From an uncultured Syntrophobacteraceae bacterium (lineage in GTDB: Bacteria > Desulfobacterota > Syntrophobacteria > Syntrophobacterales > Syntrophobacteraceae): a DNA stretch of 64,000 nucleotides. Below are positions 28,633-37,316 of this stretch, in pieces. The translations under genes were made by a program, and so were the position numbers. Under the pieces are notes generated by a model. That model did no database searches, was not told the origin of the DNA, and saw nothing but the letters and a program-made list of their open reading frames with translations. The stretch spans positions 51,213 through 115,212 of the forward strand of contig CAYTWB010000002.1 of NCBI GenBank assembly GCA_964441945.1, given 5' to 3'. Each line of letters starts with the position of its first letter. Position 1 is the first letter of the stretch.

Positions 28633-29286
28633 TCAGCGCTGTCGATCCCTGATGCGCCTTATCAGTGAGCTCACCGTTTCGCTTATGTCAGGCGCCTGGG
28701 TGATGGCTGTAACCACCGCTATGCGTTGGGCCCCTTTGGCAAGGACCTGTTCGAGATTGTGATCCTTGATGCCCCCCATCACCGTGAAAGGGACCCGGAT
28801 TTTCGATTTGATCGTACTGATCGCTTCCGGTCCCAGGCAGTCTCCGGCGGCCTCTTTAGTTGTTGTGGGGAATATGGGCCCGATATTGACGTAGTCTGCC
28901 CCTTCCTCCTGGGCTCGAAGCGCCTCCTCCAGAGAATGCGTGGAAGCTCCAATCAGCATTTCCGGGGCAATCCTTCTGGCCGCGGCGACGGGAAGGTCAT
29001 CCTGGCCCAGGTGTACACCGTCCGCCTCAACCGCCATGGCGATGTCCAAATGATCGTTGATGATCAGCAGGACGCCGGCTTTGCTGGTGGCTTTGCGGAA
29101 TTCGAGGGCCAGGTGGTAGAGCGCCTTCGCCGAATAGTCCTTCTCTCTCAGCTGAATGACCCTGGCTCCTCCCTGGATGACGGCGTGCAGCACCTCCATA
29201 TTGGATCTTCCTGCGGAGAGCCGCTCGCAGGTAACGGGATAGATATCGACTTCCTGGAATCTGGCCTTGCTTTGTTGCCGGTTCAT
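28633..29286 (-). CDS. thiE: Thiamine-phosphate synthase
   Basis: ATG 29286 gives MNRQQSKARFQEVDIYPVT…VIQLREKD…INDHLDIA…ADGVHLGQDDLP…GASTHS…ADYV.IGPIFPT.TK. The start overlaps the thiS stop (TGATG). Confidence 0.9.
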   Translation of the reverse strand: MNRQQSKARFQEVDIYPVTCERLSAGRSNMEVLHAVIQGGARVIQLREKDYSAKALYHLALEFRKATSKAGVLLIINDHLDIAMAVEADGVHLGQDDLPVAAARRIAPEMLIGASTHSLEEALRAQEEGADYVNIGPIFPTTTKEAAGDCLGPEAISTIKSKIRVPFTVMGGIKDHNLEQVLAKGAQRIAVVTAITQAPDISETVSSLIRRIRDRQR

Positions 29287-29486
29287 CAGCCTCCTCCTAC
29301 AAATCGTATGATCTCGAAGGAATCCCCGTCCTGGACCGGTTCCTTCGATAGTTCGTTGCGTGGCACAATCCGCAGATTCCGTTCCACCACCACTGCATGG
29401 GGGTTGATTTGCAGCGATTCCAGAAGCGCAGTTACAGAGGATTGGCCGCAATACTCCTTCTTTTGACCGTTGATGGTGACTTCCAT
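29286..29486 (-). CDS. thiS: Sulfur-carrier protein ThiS
   Basis: 66 aa, MEVTINGQKKEY…DGDSFEIIRFVGGG, with the ubiquitin-like fold signature and the C-terminal GG. Confidence 0.88.
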   Translation of the reverse strand: MEVTINGQKKEYCGQSSVTALLESLQINPHAVVVERNLRIVPRNELSKEPVQDGDSFEIIRFVGGG

Positions 29487-29499
29487 AATTGCCCCCTGG

Positions 29500-30627
29500 T
29501 CAGCACGCCTCGGAGTAATGCAGGAAAGCCGGGTCCCAATCCTTCCAGACCGGTTCATAGCCTAGGCCCCGAATCACCTCGGCGACCACATGAGGCGGCC
29601 GTTCATCTGCTATTTCAAACTGGGCTTCCGCCTCATTGCGTTGGGTGTAGCCTCCGGGTTCCGTGCGGGAGCCGGCGCTCATGCTGGTCACCCCGATGGG
29701 GATCAGATGATCGCGGAAGAAAGGAGATTCGCGCGTAGAAAGCACCATACCGGCATCCGGCAAAAACAGCCTCAAAGCGGTCAGAAGCTGAACAAAATTG
29801 CGATCCGACACCGGATGAGACGGCTGATAGGCCCCCGCTGCAGGGCAAAGCCTCGGGAAGGAGATGGAGATGTGCGATTTCCAGAAGGATCGCTGCAGGT
29901 GGCGTGTATGAAGCCCGAGAAAGAAGCCTTCGGTCCTCCAGTTGCAGAGGCCGAGGAGGGCGCCGAGTCCGATCCGGCGAAATCCCGCTTCGCCTCCTTG
30001 ATCCGGTGTTCCCAGCCGCCATGAGAAATCCCGCTTTTTCCCGGTGGGATGGAAATCCTTGTAGCGCGCCTCGTTATAGGTCTCCTGGAAGACCGTGAGG
30101 CCGTCAATGCCATAGCCGATGAGTTCCCGGTATGCGTCGGTGCCGAGGGGAAAGATCTCTATGGAGATCGATGCGAACAGAGGGCGGAGGACTTCCGTGA
30201 CGGCGCGCAGATAATCGTTGGTGATGATATGGGGTGAATCCCCGGAGACGAGCAGGATGTGGCGGAATCCCATATCGTGTATCTGTCCGGCTTCGACCGC
30301 AGCCTCTTCTATCGAGAGCGTCCGACGGGCGACCCGATTCTTCGAGTTAAAGCCGCAGTAGACACAGCTGTTCGAGCAGACATTTGAGAGATAGAGCGGG
30401 GCGAAAAGGCTGATCACTCGACCGAAACGCTGTTCGGTGAGGCCATGTGCGCGCTGGGCCATTGCTTCAAGGAAGGGTCCCGCCGCCGGAGAAAGCAGGC
30501 TTACGAAGTCCTCCAGCTTAATCGATTGAACACTGAGTGCCCTTTCCACATCACTCGCCGTACTGCTCTCGATCCGCTTTTCAATCTCGTCCCAGGGGTA
30601 TTTTCTCAACTCCTTGTAGAATTCCAT
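29500..30627 (-). CDS. thiH: 2-iminoacetate synthase ThiH (radical SAM tyrosine lyase)
   Basis: Radical-SAM motif CSNSCVYCGF, thi operon context, 375 aa. Confidence 0.88.
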   Translation of the reverse strand: MEFYKELRKYPWDEIEKRIESSTASDVERALSVQSIKLEDFVSLLSPAAGPFLEAMAQRAHGLTEQRFGRVISLFAPLYLSNVCSNSCVYCGFNSKNRVARRTLSIEEAAVEAGQIHDMGFRHILLVSGDSPHIITNDYLRAVTEVLRPLFASISIEIFPLGTDAYRELIGYGIDGLTVFQETYNEARYKDFHPTGKKRDFSWRLGTPDQGGEAGFRRIGLGALLGLCNWRTEGFFLGLHTRHLQRSFWKSHISISFPRLCPAAGAYQPSHPVSDRNFVQLLTALRLFLPDAGMVLSTRESPFFRDHLIPIGVTSMSAGSRTEPGGYTQRNEAEAQFEIADERPPHVVAEVIRGLGYEPVWKDWDPAFLHYSEAC

Positions 30628-30633
30628 GGCGAT

Positions 30634-31404
30634 TCACCTCAAAAATCCCGTAAGGGGGCTCGATGCCTCGGCCATTCGTTGAGGACGGCCCAGGCCGGCC
30701 AGGAACGCCTCGCGGCCGGCTTCAACCCCCTTTCTGAAGGCTTGAGCCATGGCCAGCGGGTTTCCGGCCACAGCAACGGCGGTATTGACCAAAACGGCAT
30801 CAGCGCCGATTTCCATCGCCTCAGCGGCGTGGGATGGCGCGCCCAGACCGGCATCCACCACCACCGGTACGTGGGCTTTTTCAACGATGATCTCGATGGC
30901 ATCCCGGGTGCGCAGCCCCTGTTTGGAACCGATGGCCGATCCGAGCGGCATGACGGTGGCCGTGCCCGCCTCTTCCAGGCGTTTGGCAAGCACCGGGTCG
31001 GCCGGCATATAGGGAAGCACCACAAATCCCTCTTTGACCAGGATTTCGGCCGCTTTGAGCGTCTCGACCGGGTCGGGCAGAAGATGGTGGGGATCGGGAG
31101 TCACCTCCAGCTTCACCCAGGGTTCGCATCCCGCAGCACGGGCAATACGCGCGAGCCGGACTGCCTCCTCTGCATCGCGTGCCCCGGAGGTGTTCGGAAG
31201 CAACAGATACTTGTTCGGGTCAATGGCACTCAGAATGCTATCCTGAGGATTCTCCAGTTCTACCCGGCGCAGCGCAACGGTCACGATCTCCGCTCCGGAG
31301 GCGGCCAGGGCTTTCTCCAAGAACTGAGGGGAGGCGAACTTGCCGGTTCCCATCAGGAGTCGGGATCGAAACGTGCGGCCTGCTATAACCAGTTGGTCAT
31401 TCAT
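30634..31404 (-). CDS. thiG: Thiazole synthase
   Basis: [23 protein letters not shown]…LLPNTSGA…VMPLGS.IGS..G…, typical of ThiG. A GGGAGGA SD sits upstream of ATG 31404. Confidence 0.93.
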   Translation of the reverse strand: MNDQLVIAGRTFRSRLLMGTGKFASPQFLEKALAASGAEIVTVALRRVELENPQDSILSAIDPNKYLLLPNTSGARDAEEAVRLARIARAAGCEPWVKLEVTPDPHHLLPDPVETLKAAEILVKEGFVVLPYMPADPVLAKRLEEAGTATVMPLGSAIGSKQGLRTRDAIEIIVEKAHVPVVVDAGLGAPSHAAEAMEIGADAVLVNTAVAVAGNPLAMAQAFRKGVEAGREAFLAGLGRPQRMAEASSPLTGFLR

Positions 31405-31470
31405 GGGACAGTATCCTCCCTGCTAACGATATGGCGGTATAGGCTCTTTGCTCGACGCCATGCTGTAGTC

Positions 31471-31507
31471 CAAACAAAAAGCCGCTTCCAGCATGGCGGA
31501 AGCGGCT
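31471..31507 (-). terminator. Intrinsic terminator acting as the expression platform of the TPP riboswitch
   Basis: On the minus strand: AGCCGCUUCC-GCCAUGCU-GGAAGCGGCU followed by UUUUGUUUG. It lies between the THI aptamer and the thiG SD. Confidence 0.7.
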
Positions 31508-31539
31508 ATCAGAAGCGAACATCGAAATTTTCTCAGCTC

Positions 31540-31625
31540 GCAACCGTTTCCCTACGCTGGCGTTGTCCAGATCAGGTATTAAGGGTGTTTTCTCAGCCCA
31601 GAAACTTGAGCACCCCTAACGGTTG
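31540..31625 (-). promoter_or_regulatory. TPP (THI-box) riboswitch aptamer
   Basis: The minus strand reads GGGGUGCUCAAGUUUCUGGGCUGAGAAAACACCCUUAAUACCUGAUCUGGACAACGCCAGCGUAGGGAA. It contains the conserved CUGAGA, ACCCUU..ACCUGAUCUGGA.AA.GCCAGCGUAGGGAA elements, upstream of thiGHSE. Confidence 0.9.
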
Positions 31626-31746
31626 TCATCCTGCGTCGAATAATATCACAGGAATTCAGAATGTCAAAACCCGAATTCGGGTTCCCACGGCATTGATCCG
31701 GAAAAACCTTTGTATTGTCAGAGTCAAAGCTGCGTGGTAGAAACAA

Positions 31747-31880
31747 AAAACTATCTCAAGATGGCACAAAGGCCGTTAAACGTCATTCCGGCGAAAGCCG
31801 GGACCCAGCAAGGTTTTTAAAGGTCTTCTGGACCCCGGTGTTCGCCGGGGTGACGGTGTGAGCAAGTTTTGAGATAGTTT
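31747..31880. mobile_element. MITE family 1, full-length copy (~134 bp) with perfect 12-bp terminal inverted repeats
   Basis: The terminal inverted repeats are AAACTATCTCAA (31747-31758) and TTGAGATAGTTT (31869-31880). Internal hairpins include cgtcattccggcgaaagccgg and ccccggtgttcgccggggtgacgg. It is about 85-90% identical by eye to the reverse complement of 51096-51225. Confidence 0.8.
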
Positions 31881-31888
31881 CTTATTCC

Positions 31889-32929
31889 TTGGTGAGGGTC
31901 CTCATAGATTTGGCTCAGACATCGGCAACAGACAGAAACGAAGGAACGACGGCACAGATCTCTTTCGAAGAGAACCGGCTCGTCCAGCAGCTGGCCGGAG
32001 AACGGAACAGCTATCTGAAGATCATCGAAAAACAGCTGGATGTGCGTGTTCACCTTCGGGGGAATCAGTTCAGCATTGCCGGGGATGAACCCCATGTGGA
32101 GCTTGCCGGCCGGCTGCTCAAAGAGCTCTCCGAGTTGATTCAGAAGGGATATCCGGTTTATGAGAGCGACATTGTTTATGCCATCCGGATCCTCAGTGAG
32201 AACATCCAGCGCAGCCTGAAAGATATTTTCCTCGATCACGTCTTCATTGCCTCCAACAAGCGAACCATTTCCCCCAAGAGTGTCAGGCAAAAGGAGTACA
32301 TCGAAGCCATCCGCCACTTCGATATCGTATTTGGAATTGGCCCGGCAGGGACCGGCAAGACTTATCTTGCCATGGCCATGGCTGTTGCCGCCATGAGCAA
32401 AGAGCTGGTCCGCCGAATCGTGCTGGTCCGCCCGGCCGTGGAAGCGGGCGAAAAACTGGGTTTTTTGCCCGGAGACCTGGCCGAAAAGGTCAACCCCTAC
32501 CTTCGACCGCTCTACGACGCCCTCCATGACATGATGGACTATGAAAAGGCTTCCGGTCTGCTGCAGCGCGGCGCCATCGAGGTTGCCCCTCTGGCCTTCA
32601 TGCGTGGACGAACACTCAATGATTCGTTCGTGATCCTGGATGAAGCGCAGAACACGACGAGCGAACAGATGAAGATGTTCCTGACCCGGCTGGGACTGGG
32701 ATCGAAAGCCGTTGTCACGGGTGATATCACCCAGATTGATCTGCCCGAGGACCGGACTTCCGGGCTCGTTGAAGCCATTCAGTTGCTCAAGGGGATTCGT
32801 GACATCGAATTTGTGTATTTCACCAATCGAGATGTAGTCCGGCACCGGATCGTCCAGGAAATCATTATGGCCTATGAACGTGCCGGGGAGCGCAAGTTTC
32901 GGCCCACCAAATCGGTTACAGAGAAATAG
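31889..32929 (+). CDS. phoH: PhoH-family ATPase
   Basis: Walker A GPAGTGKTYLAMA, ILDEAQN, TGDITQIDLP. Only TTG 31889 or GTG 31892 are available as starts. There is no SD, and the start lies 9 nt after the MITE end. Confidence 0.88.
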   Translation: MVRVLIDLAQTSATDRNEGTTAQISFEENRLVQQLAGERNSYLKIIEKQLDVRVHLRGNQFSIAGDEPHVELAGRLLKELSELIQKGYPVYESDIVYAIRILSENIQRSLKDIFLDHVFIASNKRTISPKSVRQKEYIEAIRHFDIVFGIGPAGTGKTYLAMAMAVAAMSKELVRRIVLVRPAVEAGEKLGFLPGDLAEKVNPYLRPLYDALHDMMDYEKASGLLQRGAIEVAPLAFMRGRTLNDSFVILDEAQNTTSEQMKMFLTRLGLGSKAVVTGDITQIDLPEDRTSGLVEAIQLLKGIRDIEFVYFTNRDVVRHRIVQEIIMAYERAGERKFRPTKSVTEK

Positions 32930-32934
32930 TGTGC

Positions 32935-35412
32935 ATGGATAAGGAAAAGCGGGAACCCGAGAAACCAAAGACCAAGGCTAGGGCCGCTCAAGGCAAGCGC
33001 TTTATACCGGAGGTCCTGCGCCGGAGCAAAGTGCAGAAGCTTCTCATGCTGGCCGGTTTCAGTCTTGTCGTCTCCCTTCTTCTGGCTCCCTCCCTCGTTA
33101 CCCAGACTCCACTTTATCAATTGGGCGATATCGCCCCTCAGAACATCAAGGCAAAGCGTGATTTCCTGGTTGAGGACCGGGAGGCTATTGCCAGGAAGCG
33201 TGATGAGGCGGTGAGGCAGGCCCCGGTTGTCTACGATCTGGACGAAACCGTTTCACAGCGGGTTCAAGAGCGGCTGGAGGCGGCTTTTAAGATGATCCGC
33301 GACGACGCCGAGGTCCAGCAGCTTGTGGTCATCAACCAGGAAGGGCAACAGGCAGCGCCCTTCTGTTCCGATTCGAATGAAACCCTGGCGGGGGACCCCA
33401 TCGACCCGGGCATAGCGCTTTCGCGGAAGAAGAAGGAGTTCGAAGGTCTTTTGGGATTTCCGGTGTCGGAGCAGGTCTTCACCATTTTACTGGAAAAGCG
33501 TTTCGGCAGGCATATTCAGGAACGAATTGGCGAACTGCTGAAAGCCGCCTTCGGCGTGGGGGTCGTTTCCGGCAAATCGAAGCTCCTTCAGGCTCAGGGT
33601 GAACGGGCACTCATCCGAAAGGCCGGTTTGGCGGACGGGCAGCCTTCGGTGCCCCCGGAACCCTTCCAAGATCTGGAAGAAGCTCAAAAGTTGCTGAAAA
33701 TCCAGGCATTAGAAGCCGATGGAGATGCTGGGGAAATCATCGCCATTGTCTTTCTGGCTTCTCAGTTCCTGCAGCCCAATCTGTTCTTTAACCTGGAGGA
33801 AACGGAACGGCAACGAGAGCAGGCCTATGCCTCGGTTAAGTCCGTCTACCTGCAGGTCACCAAGAATGAGATGCTGGTGCGGGAGGGACAGCGTATCGGG
33901 CCCCTGGAACTGCTCAAGCTGCGGGGACAGGATGAGGAAAAGTCGCAAGGGCATCAGTTCCTGGTTTTTGTGGCGACCTTCCTGTTCAGCTGTCTTTGTA
34001 TATGGGTCTTTGCGTATGTGGCGACCCAGCATTTCCCTTCCCGGCAGATGGAAAGCAGGGATTTCCTGTTCATGGGCATTCTGCTCATCTTCATGCTCGC
34101 CATCGGCAGCTTTACCCTGTGGGTGGCAGAGAGCGTGGGGGACTCATCGGTCAGCATGTCCGGCAAGACCCTCATCTACGGTATCCCGATCAGTGCCGGG
34201 GCGATGATCGCCTGCATCTTCTTTGGCGTGAGTCTCGCTCTGATTTTCTCCTTGCTGGTCAGTCTTTTCGCCGGTCTGTTGTTCGGAAAGGACCTCGGCC
34301 TCTTTCTTTACTTCCTGATCGGCTCCTTTGTTGCCGCCCACGGAGTCTGTCCGTGCCGGAATCGCATTGCGCCGATCAAAGCCGGTCTTCTGGTCGGCTG
34401 CTGCAATGTCGCTCAGATTGTTCTTTTTGCCCTCCTGCAGGAGCAATGGGCCTTTTTCAAGATTGTCACCAACGTTTTCTTCGGGTTCTTCGGAGGCATT
34501 CTGGCAGGGATCGTGGTGACCGGGTTCACACCCCTGGCTGAAATGATTTTTGGATACACAACGGACATCAAGCTGCTGGAACTGGTCACCATGGATCAGC
34601 CCCTGCTCCAGGAGTTGATGGTGCAGGCCCCCGGGACTTATCATCACAGCATCATCGTGGGCAACATGGTGGAAACGGCCGCAAACTCCATCGGCGCCAA
34701 TTCATTGCTGGCCAAGGTAGCCGCCTACTATCACGATATCGGCAAGATCAAGAAACCGGTCTACTTCATTGAAAACCAGTTCGATTGTGAGAATCGCCAT
34801 GAGAAGCTCGCTCCCTCGATGAGCAGCCTCATTCTCATGTCTCATGTCAAGGAAGGGATCGAGCTGGCCAAACAGCACCACCTGGGCAAGCCCATCATCG
34901 ACATCATCAGCCAGCACCACGGAACAAGCCTCATTACCTACTTCTACAACAAGGCCCAGGAGGCTCGACAGAAGGCCCGCACCCTGAAGGGCGCCGATCT
35001 GCCCCCGATAGATGTTGATGATTATCGCTATCCCGGCCCCAAACCTCAGACAAAGGAGGCCGGCCTGGTGATGCTGGCGGATGTGGTCGAGGCGGCATGC
35101 CGCTCCCTCACCGACCCCACACCGGCCAGGATTCAGGGGATGGTCAATCGGTTGATCAACAGTATTTTCAGTGACGGTCAACTGGGCCAGTGTGAGCTGA
35201 CACTGAAGGACCTCCATCACATCGCCAAACATTTCAATCAGATCCTGGCTACAGTACATCACAGGCGGATCGAGTATCCGGGTGTCGTAGCGAATGGAAA
35301 GGGAAAAGCGGATGGCAGTGATTCGGCTCAGCGTGAACCAAGATCGGATCGAGATAAACCTGCGGCGAGTCAAGAAGGCGGCCGAGGCAATCTTAAAAGG
35401 CTTGGGATTTAG
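32935..35412 (+). CDS. 7TM-receptor HD/HDIG phosphohydrolase (YqfF/PgpH-like)
   Basis: An N-terminal extracytoplasmic domain is followed by a 7-TM block and then an HD domain ([12 protein letters not shown]…YYHDIGKI). It sits in the conserved phoH / 7TM-HD / ybeY neighbourhood. Confidence 0.88.
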   Translation: MDKEKREPEKPKTKARAAQGKRFIPEVLRRSKVQKLLMLAGFSLVVSLLLAPSLVTQTPLYQLGDIAPQNIKAKRDFLVEDREAIARKRDEAVRQAPVVYDLDETVSQRVQERLEAAFKMIRDDAEVQQLVVINQEGQQAAPFCSDSNETLAGDPIDPGIALSRKKKEFEGLLGFPVSEQVFTILLEKRFGRHIQERIGELLKAAFGVGVVSGKSKLLQAQGERALIRKAGLADGQPSVPPEPFQDLEEAQKLLKIQALEADGDAGEIIAIVFLASQFLQPNLFFNLEETERQREQAYASVKSVYLQVTKNEMLVREGQRIGPLELLKLRGQDEEKSQGHQFLVFVATFLFSCLCIWVFAYVATQHFPSRQMESRDFLFMGILLIFMLAIGSFTLWVAESVGDSSVSMSGKTLIYGIPISAGAMIACIFFGVSLALIFSLLVSLFAGLLFGKDLGLFLYFLIGSFVAAHGVCPCRNRIAPIKAGLLVGCCNVAQIVLFALLQEQWAFFKIVTNVFFGFFGGILAGIVVTGFTPLAEMIFGYTTDIKLLELVTMDQPLLQELMVQAPGTYHHSIIVGNMVETAANSIGANSLLAKVAAYYHDIGKIKKPVYFIENQFDCENRHEKLAPSMSSLILMSHVKEGIELAKQHHLGKPIIDIISQHHGTSLITYFYNKAQEARQKARTLKGADLPPIDVDDYRYPGPKPQTKEAGLVMLADVVEAACRSLTDPTPARIQGMVNRLINSIFSDGQLGQCELTLKDLHHIAKHFNQILATVHHRRIEYPGVVANGKGKADGSDSAQREPRSDRDKPAASQEGGRGNLKRLGI

Positions 35413-35779
35413 TGATGCGGAGCTGAGTATTGTCGTTGTGGATGATGGGGAAATGGCGAGACTCAACAGCCAGTATCGCCGGGTGCACACGACGACCGAT
35501 GTCCTCGCTTTTCCCATGCTTGAAGGCGAATTCGGCGATATCCAGCCTCAGCTCCTCGGCGATGTCGTGATCTCCGCCCCGACCGCCGAGACCATGAGCC
35601 GGTGCCATCACTGTTCCCTGTCGGCGGTTCTCGATCTGCTGCTTGTGCACGGGATTTTACACCTGGTCGGCTATGATCACGAGCTCGGCGAGGAGGAGTC
35701 CCTGCGGATGAAGAACAAAACGCTGGAGCTGCTGGAGGTCCTTGGTCATTCCCGGGAAAGTCTCGATTGGTTCGCATAG
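35312..35779 (+). CDS. ybeY: rRNA maturation endoribonuclease YbeY
   Basis: Contains DVLAFP and the zinc motif [12 protein letters not shown]. The start is ATG 35312 (or 35294) and overlaps the preceding gene by ~100 nt. Confidence 0.88.
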   Translation: MAVIRLSVNQDRIEINLRRVKKAAEAILKGLGFSDAELSIVVVDDGEMARLNSQYRRVHTTTDVLAFPMLEGEFGDIQPQLLGDVVISAPTAETMSRCHHCSLSAVLDLLLVHGILHLVGYDHELGEEESLRMKNKTLELLEVLGHSRESLDWFA

Positions 35780-35864
35780 CATCTCAATAAATCTGTAGAA
35801 AAGCGATGAGTGAGTGGCTCATTGCTTGTTCCTCATCACTCATGACCAACCAGAAGGAGGAGCC

Positions 35865-36581
35865 GTGGCTAGAGTTGCCATCAATGTCGATCATGTGGCC
35901 ACCCTGAGGCAGGCACGTCGGGCGAGCGAGCCGGATCCGGTGACGGCGGCCGCGCTGGCGGAACTTGCCGGGGCCCAGGGCATCGTGGTGCATCTCCGTG
36001 AGGATCGCCGCCATATTCAGGATCGGGATGTCGAGGTATTGCGCCGAACGGTCAAGACCAAGCTCAACCTCGAAATGGCCGCGACCGAAGAAATGGTCAA
36101 GATTGCGCTCAGCCTCAAACCCGACGTCGTGACCCTGGTCCCCGAGAAGCGGCAGGAACTGACCACTGAAGGCGGCCTGGACGTGGTGTTTCACGAAGAG
36201 GCCCTCAAGGAGGTCATCAAGACGCTGCACCAGGGTAATATCGCGGTCAGTCTGTTCATAAACGCCGATCCCAACCAGGTCCGGTGCGCACACCGCCTGG
36301 AATCGGACTATGTGGAGATCCATACGGGGACCTTTGCCGAGGCAGCGACATTTTCCCAGCGCCAGGAGGAGTATGAACGGGTCCTGACGGCTGTAAGACT
36401 GTCCCGCAAACTGGGGTTGGGTGTCCATGCAGGCCATGGGGTTGATTATCGAAACGTCCTCTGGCTCCGGAAGATCTCCGAAATCGAAGAGTTCAGCATC
36501 GGTCACGCCGTTATGGCACGCGCGATCCTGGTGGGGATCGAGCGGGCGGTGCAGGAGATGATTGCACTGGTGAACGGGTGA
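35865..36581 (+). CDS. pdxJ: Pyridoxine 5'-phosphate synthase
   Basis: GTG 35865 lies 5 nt after AGGAGG. The protein starts VARVAINVDHVATLRQAR…VHLREDRRHI…E…EIHTG.., typical of PdxJ. Confidence 0.9.
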   Translation: MARVAINVDHVATLRQARRASEPDPVTAAALAELAGAQGIVVHLREDRRHIQDRDVEVLRRTVKTKLNLEMAATEEMVKIALSLKPDVVTLVPEKRQELTTEGGLDVVFHEEALKEVIKTLHQGNIAVSLFINADPNQVRCAHRLESDYVEIHTGTFAEAATFSQRQEEYERVLTAVRLSRKLGLGVHAGHGVDYRNVLWLRKISEIEEFSIGHAVMARAILVGIERAVQEMIALVNG

Positions 36582-36582
36582 G

Positions 36583-36963
36583 ATGGCGGTCTATGGCGTC
36601 GGCATAGACCTGATCCGGGTCGAGCGGCTGAGTAAGGCTTCCGCGCACTGGGGAGAACGCTTTGCCAGGCGGGTTTTCACGTCGGGCGAACTGGCCGCGT
36701 GTGCCGGGAAAAAACGGTTGAACCATTGCCTGGCAATCCGCTTTGCCGCCAAGGAAGCCTTTGTCAAGGCGCTGGGGACAGGGATGCGTTCGCCCGTCCT
36801 TTGGACTGACATAGAGGTGAGGAACAACGAGCTCGGAAAGCCGGAGATCAGTCTTTCCCCCCGCGCCCTGAAGTTCTGCAGCGACCTGGGGATTCGGTCG
36901 TGGCATTTGAGTCTGACCGACGATGGAGACTACGGTGCGGCGGTCGTTGTTCTGGAGACCTGA
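36583..36963 (+). CDS. acpS: Holo-[acyl-carrier-protein] synthase
   Basis: MAVYGVGIDLIRVERL…FAAKEAFVKALG…SLTD… is the 4'-phosphopantetheinyl transferase signature. Confidence 0.9.
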   Translation: MAVYGVGIDLIRVERLSKASAHWGERFARRVFTSGELAACAGKKRLNHCLAIRFAAKEAFVKALGTGMRSPVLWTDIEVRNNELGKPEISLSPRALKFCSDLGIRSWHLSLTDDGDYGAAVVVLET

Positions 36964-37063
36964 ATGGACCGGCCGGAGAACCGGATCAGGTCTTACTGCC
37001 CTCCGCGATGCGTGCTGGCCCTCTATCGACGGATGGATGGTATTGAAGAAAAGCAAGGTAAAC

Positions 37064-37280
37064 ATGCGAGATTACAGAATAGAAACAAGGGTCTCAAGTG
37101 ACGGATCTCTCACCCTAACAGGTCTGCCGTTCCATGCAGGAGACAGAGTCGAGGTCCATTAACCGCAGCCATAAGCATGGAGAAGAAAAGGGTACGCGCT
37201 ATCCTCTGCGTGGAAAGCCGATGCGATACACTGATCCGTTCGGCAGTGTTGCCGAAGAGGATTGGGATGCCCTGAGATGA
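37064..37280 (+). pseudogene. Frameshifted antitoxin remnant (AbrB/DUF104-like N-terminus, conserved C-terminal …YPLRGKPMRYTDPFGSVAEEDWDALR)
   Basis: ATG 37064 gives MRDYRIETRVSSDGSLTLTGLPFHAGDRVEVH, ending at TAA 37160. The conserved C-terminal half continues in the +1 frame to TGA 37278-37280. Confidence 0.6.
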
Positions 37281-37303
37281 TCATCCTGGATACTCACATT
37301 TGA
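37277..37303 (+). pseudogene. Eight-codon stub of a PIN-domain (VapC-like) toxin
   Basis: An ATGA overlap with the antitoxin stop is followed by MIILDTHI, then TGA. (M)IILDT is the canonical PIN N-terminus carrying the first catalytic Asp. The rest of the gene is missing, and nnr starts 14 nt later. Confidence 0.5.
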
Positions 37304-37316
37304 CTCCGGAGGAAGC

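Noticed and set aside
30445-31740. 431-aa plus-strand ORF covering thiG, the TPP riboswitch and the thiH start
   Set aside because: It is the antisense of thiG and thiH and runs straight through a structured RNA element. Its composition is Arg/Gly-rich.
31817-32968. 383-aa minus-strand ORF opposite phoH
   Set aside because: The plus strand encodes a complete PhoH with Walker A/B motifs. The minus translation has no motif and starts inside the MITE.
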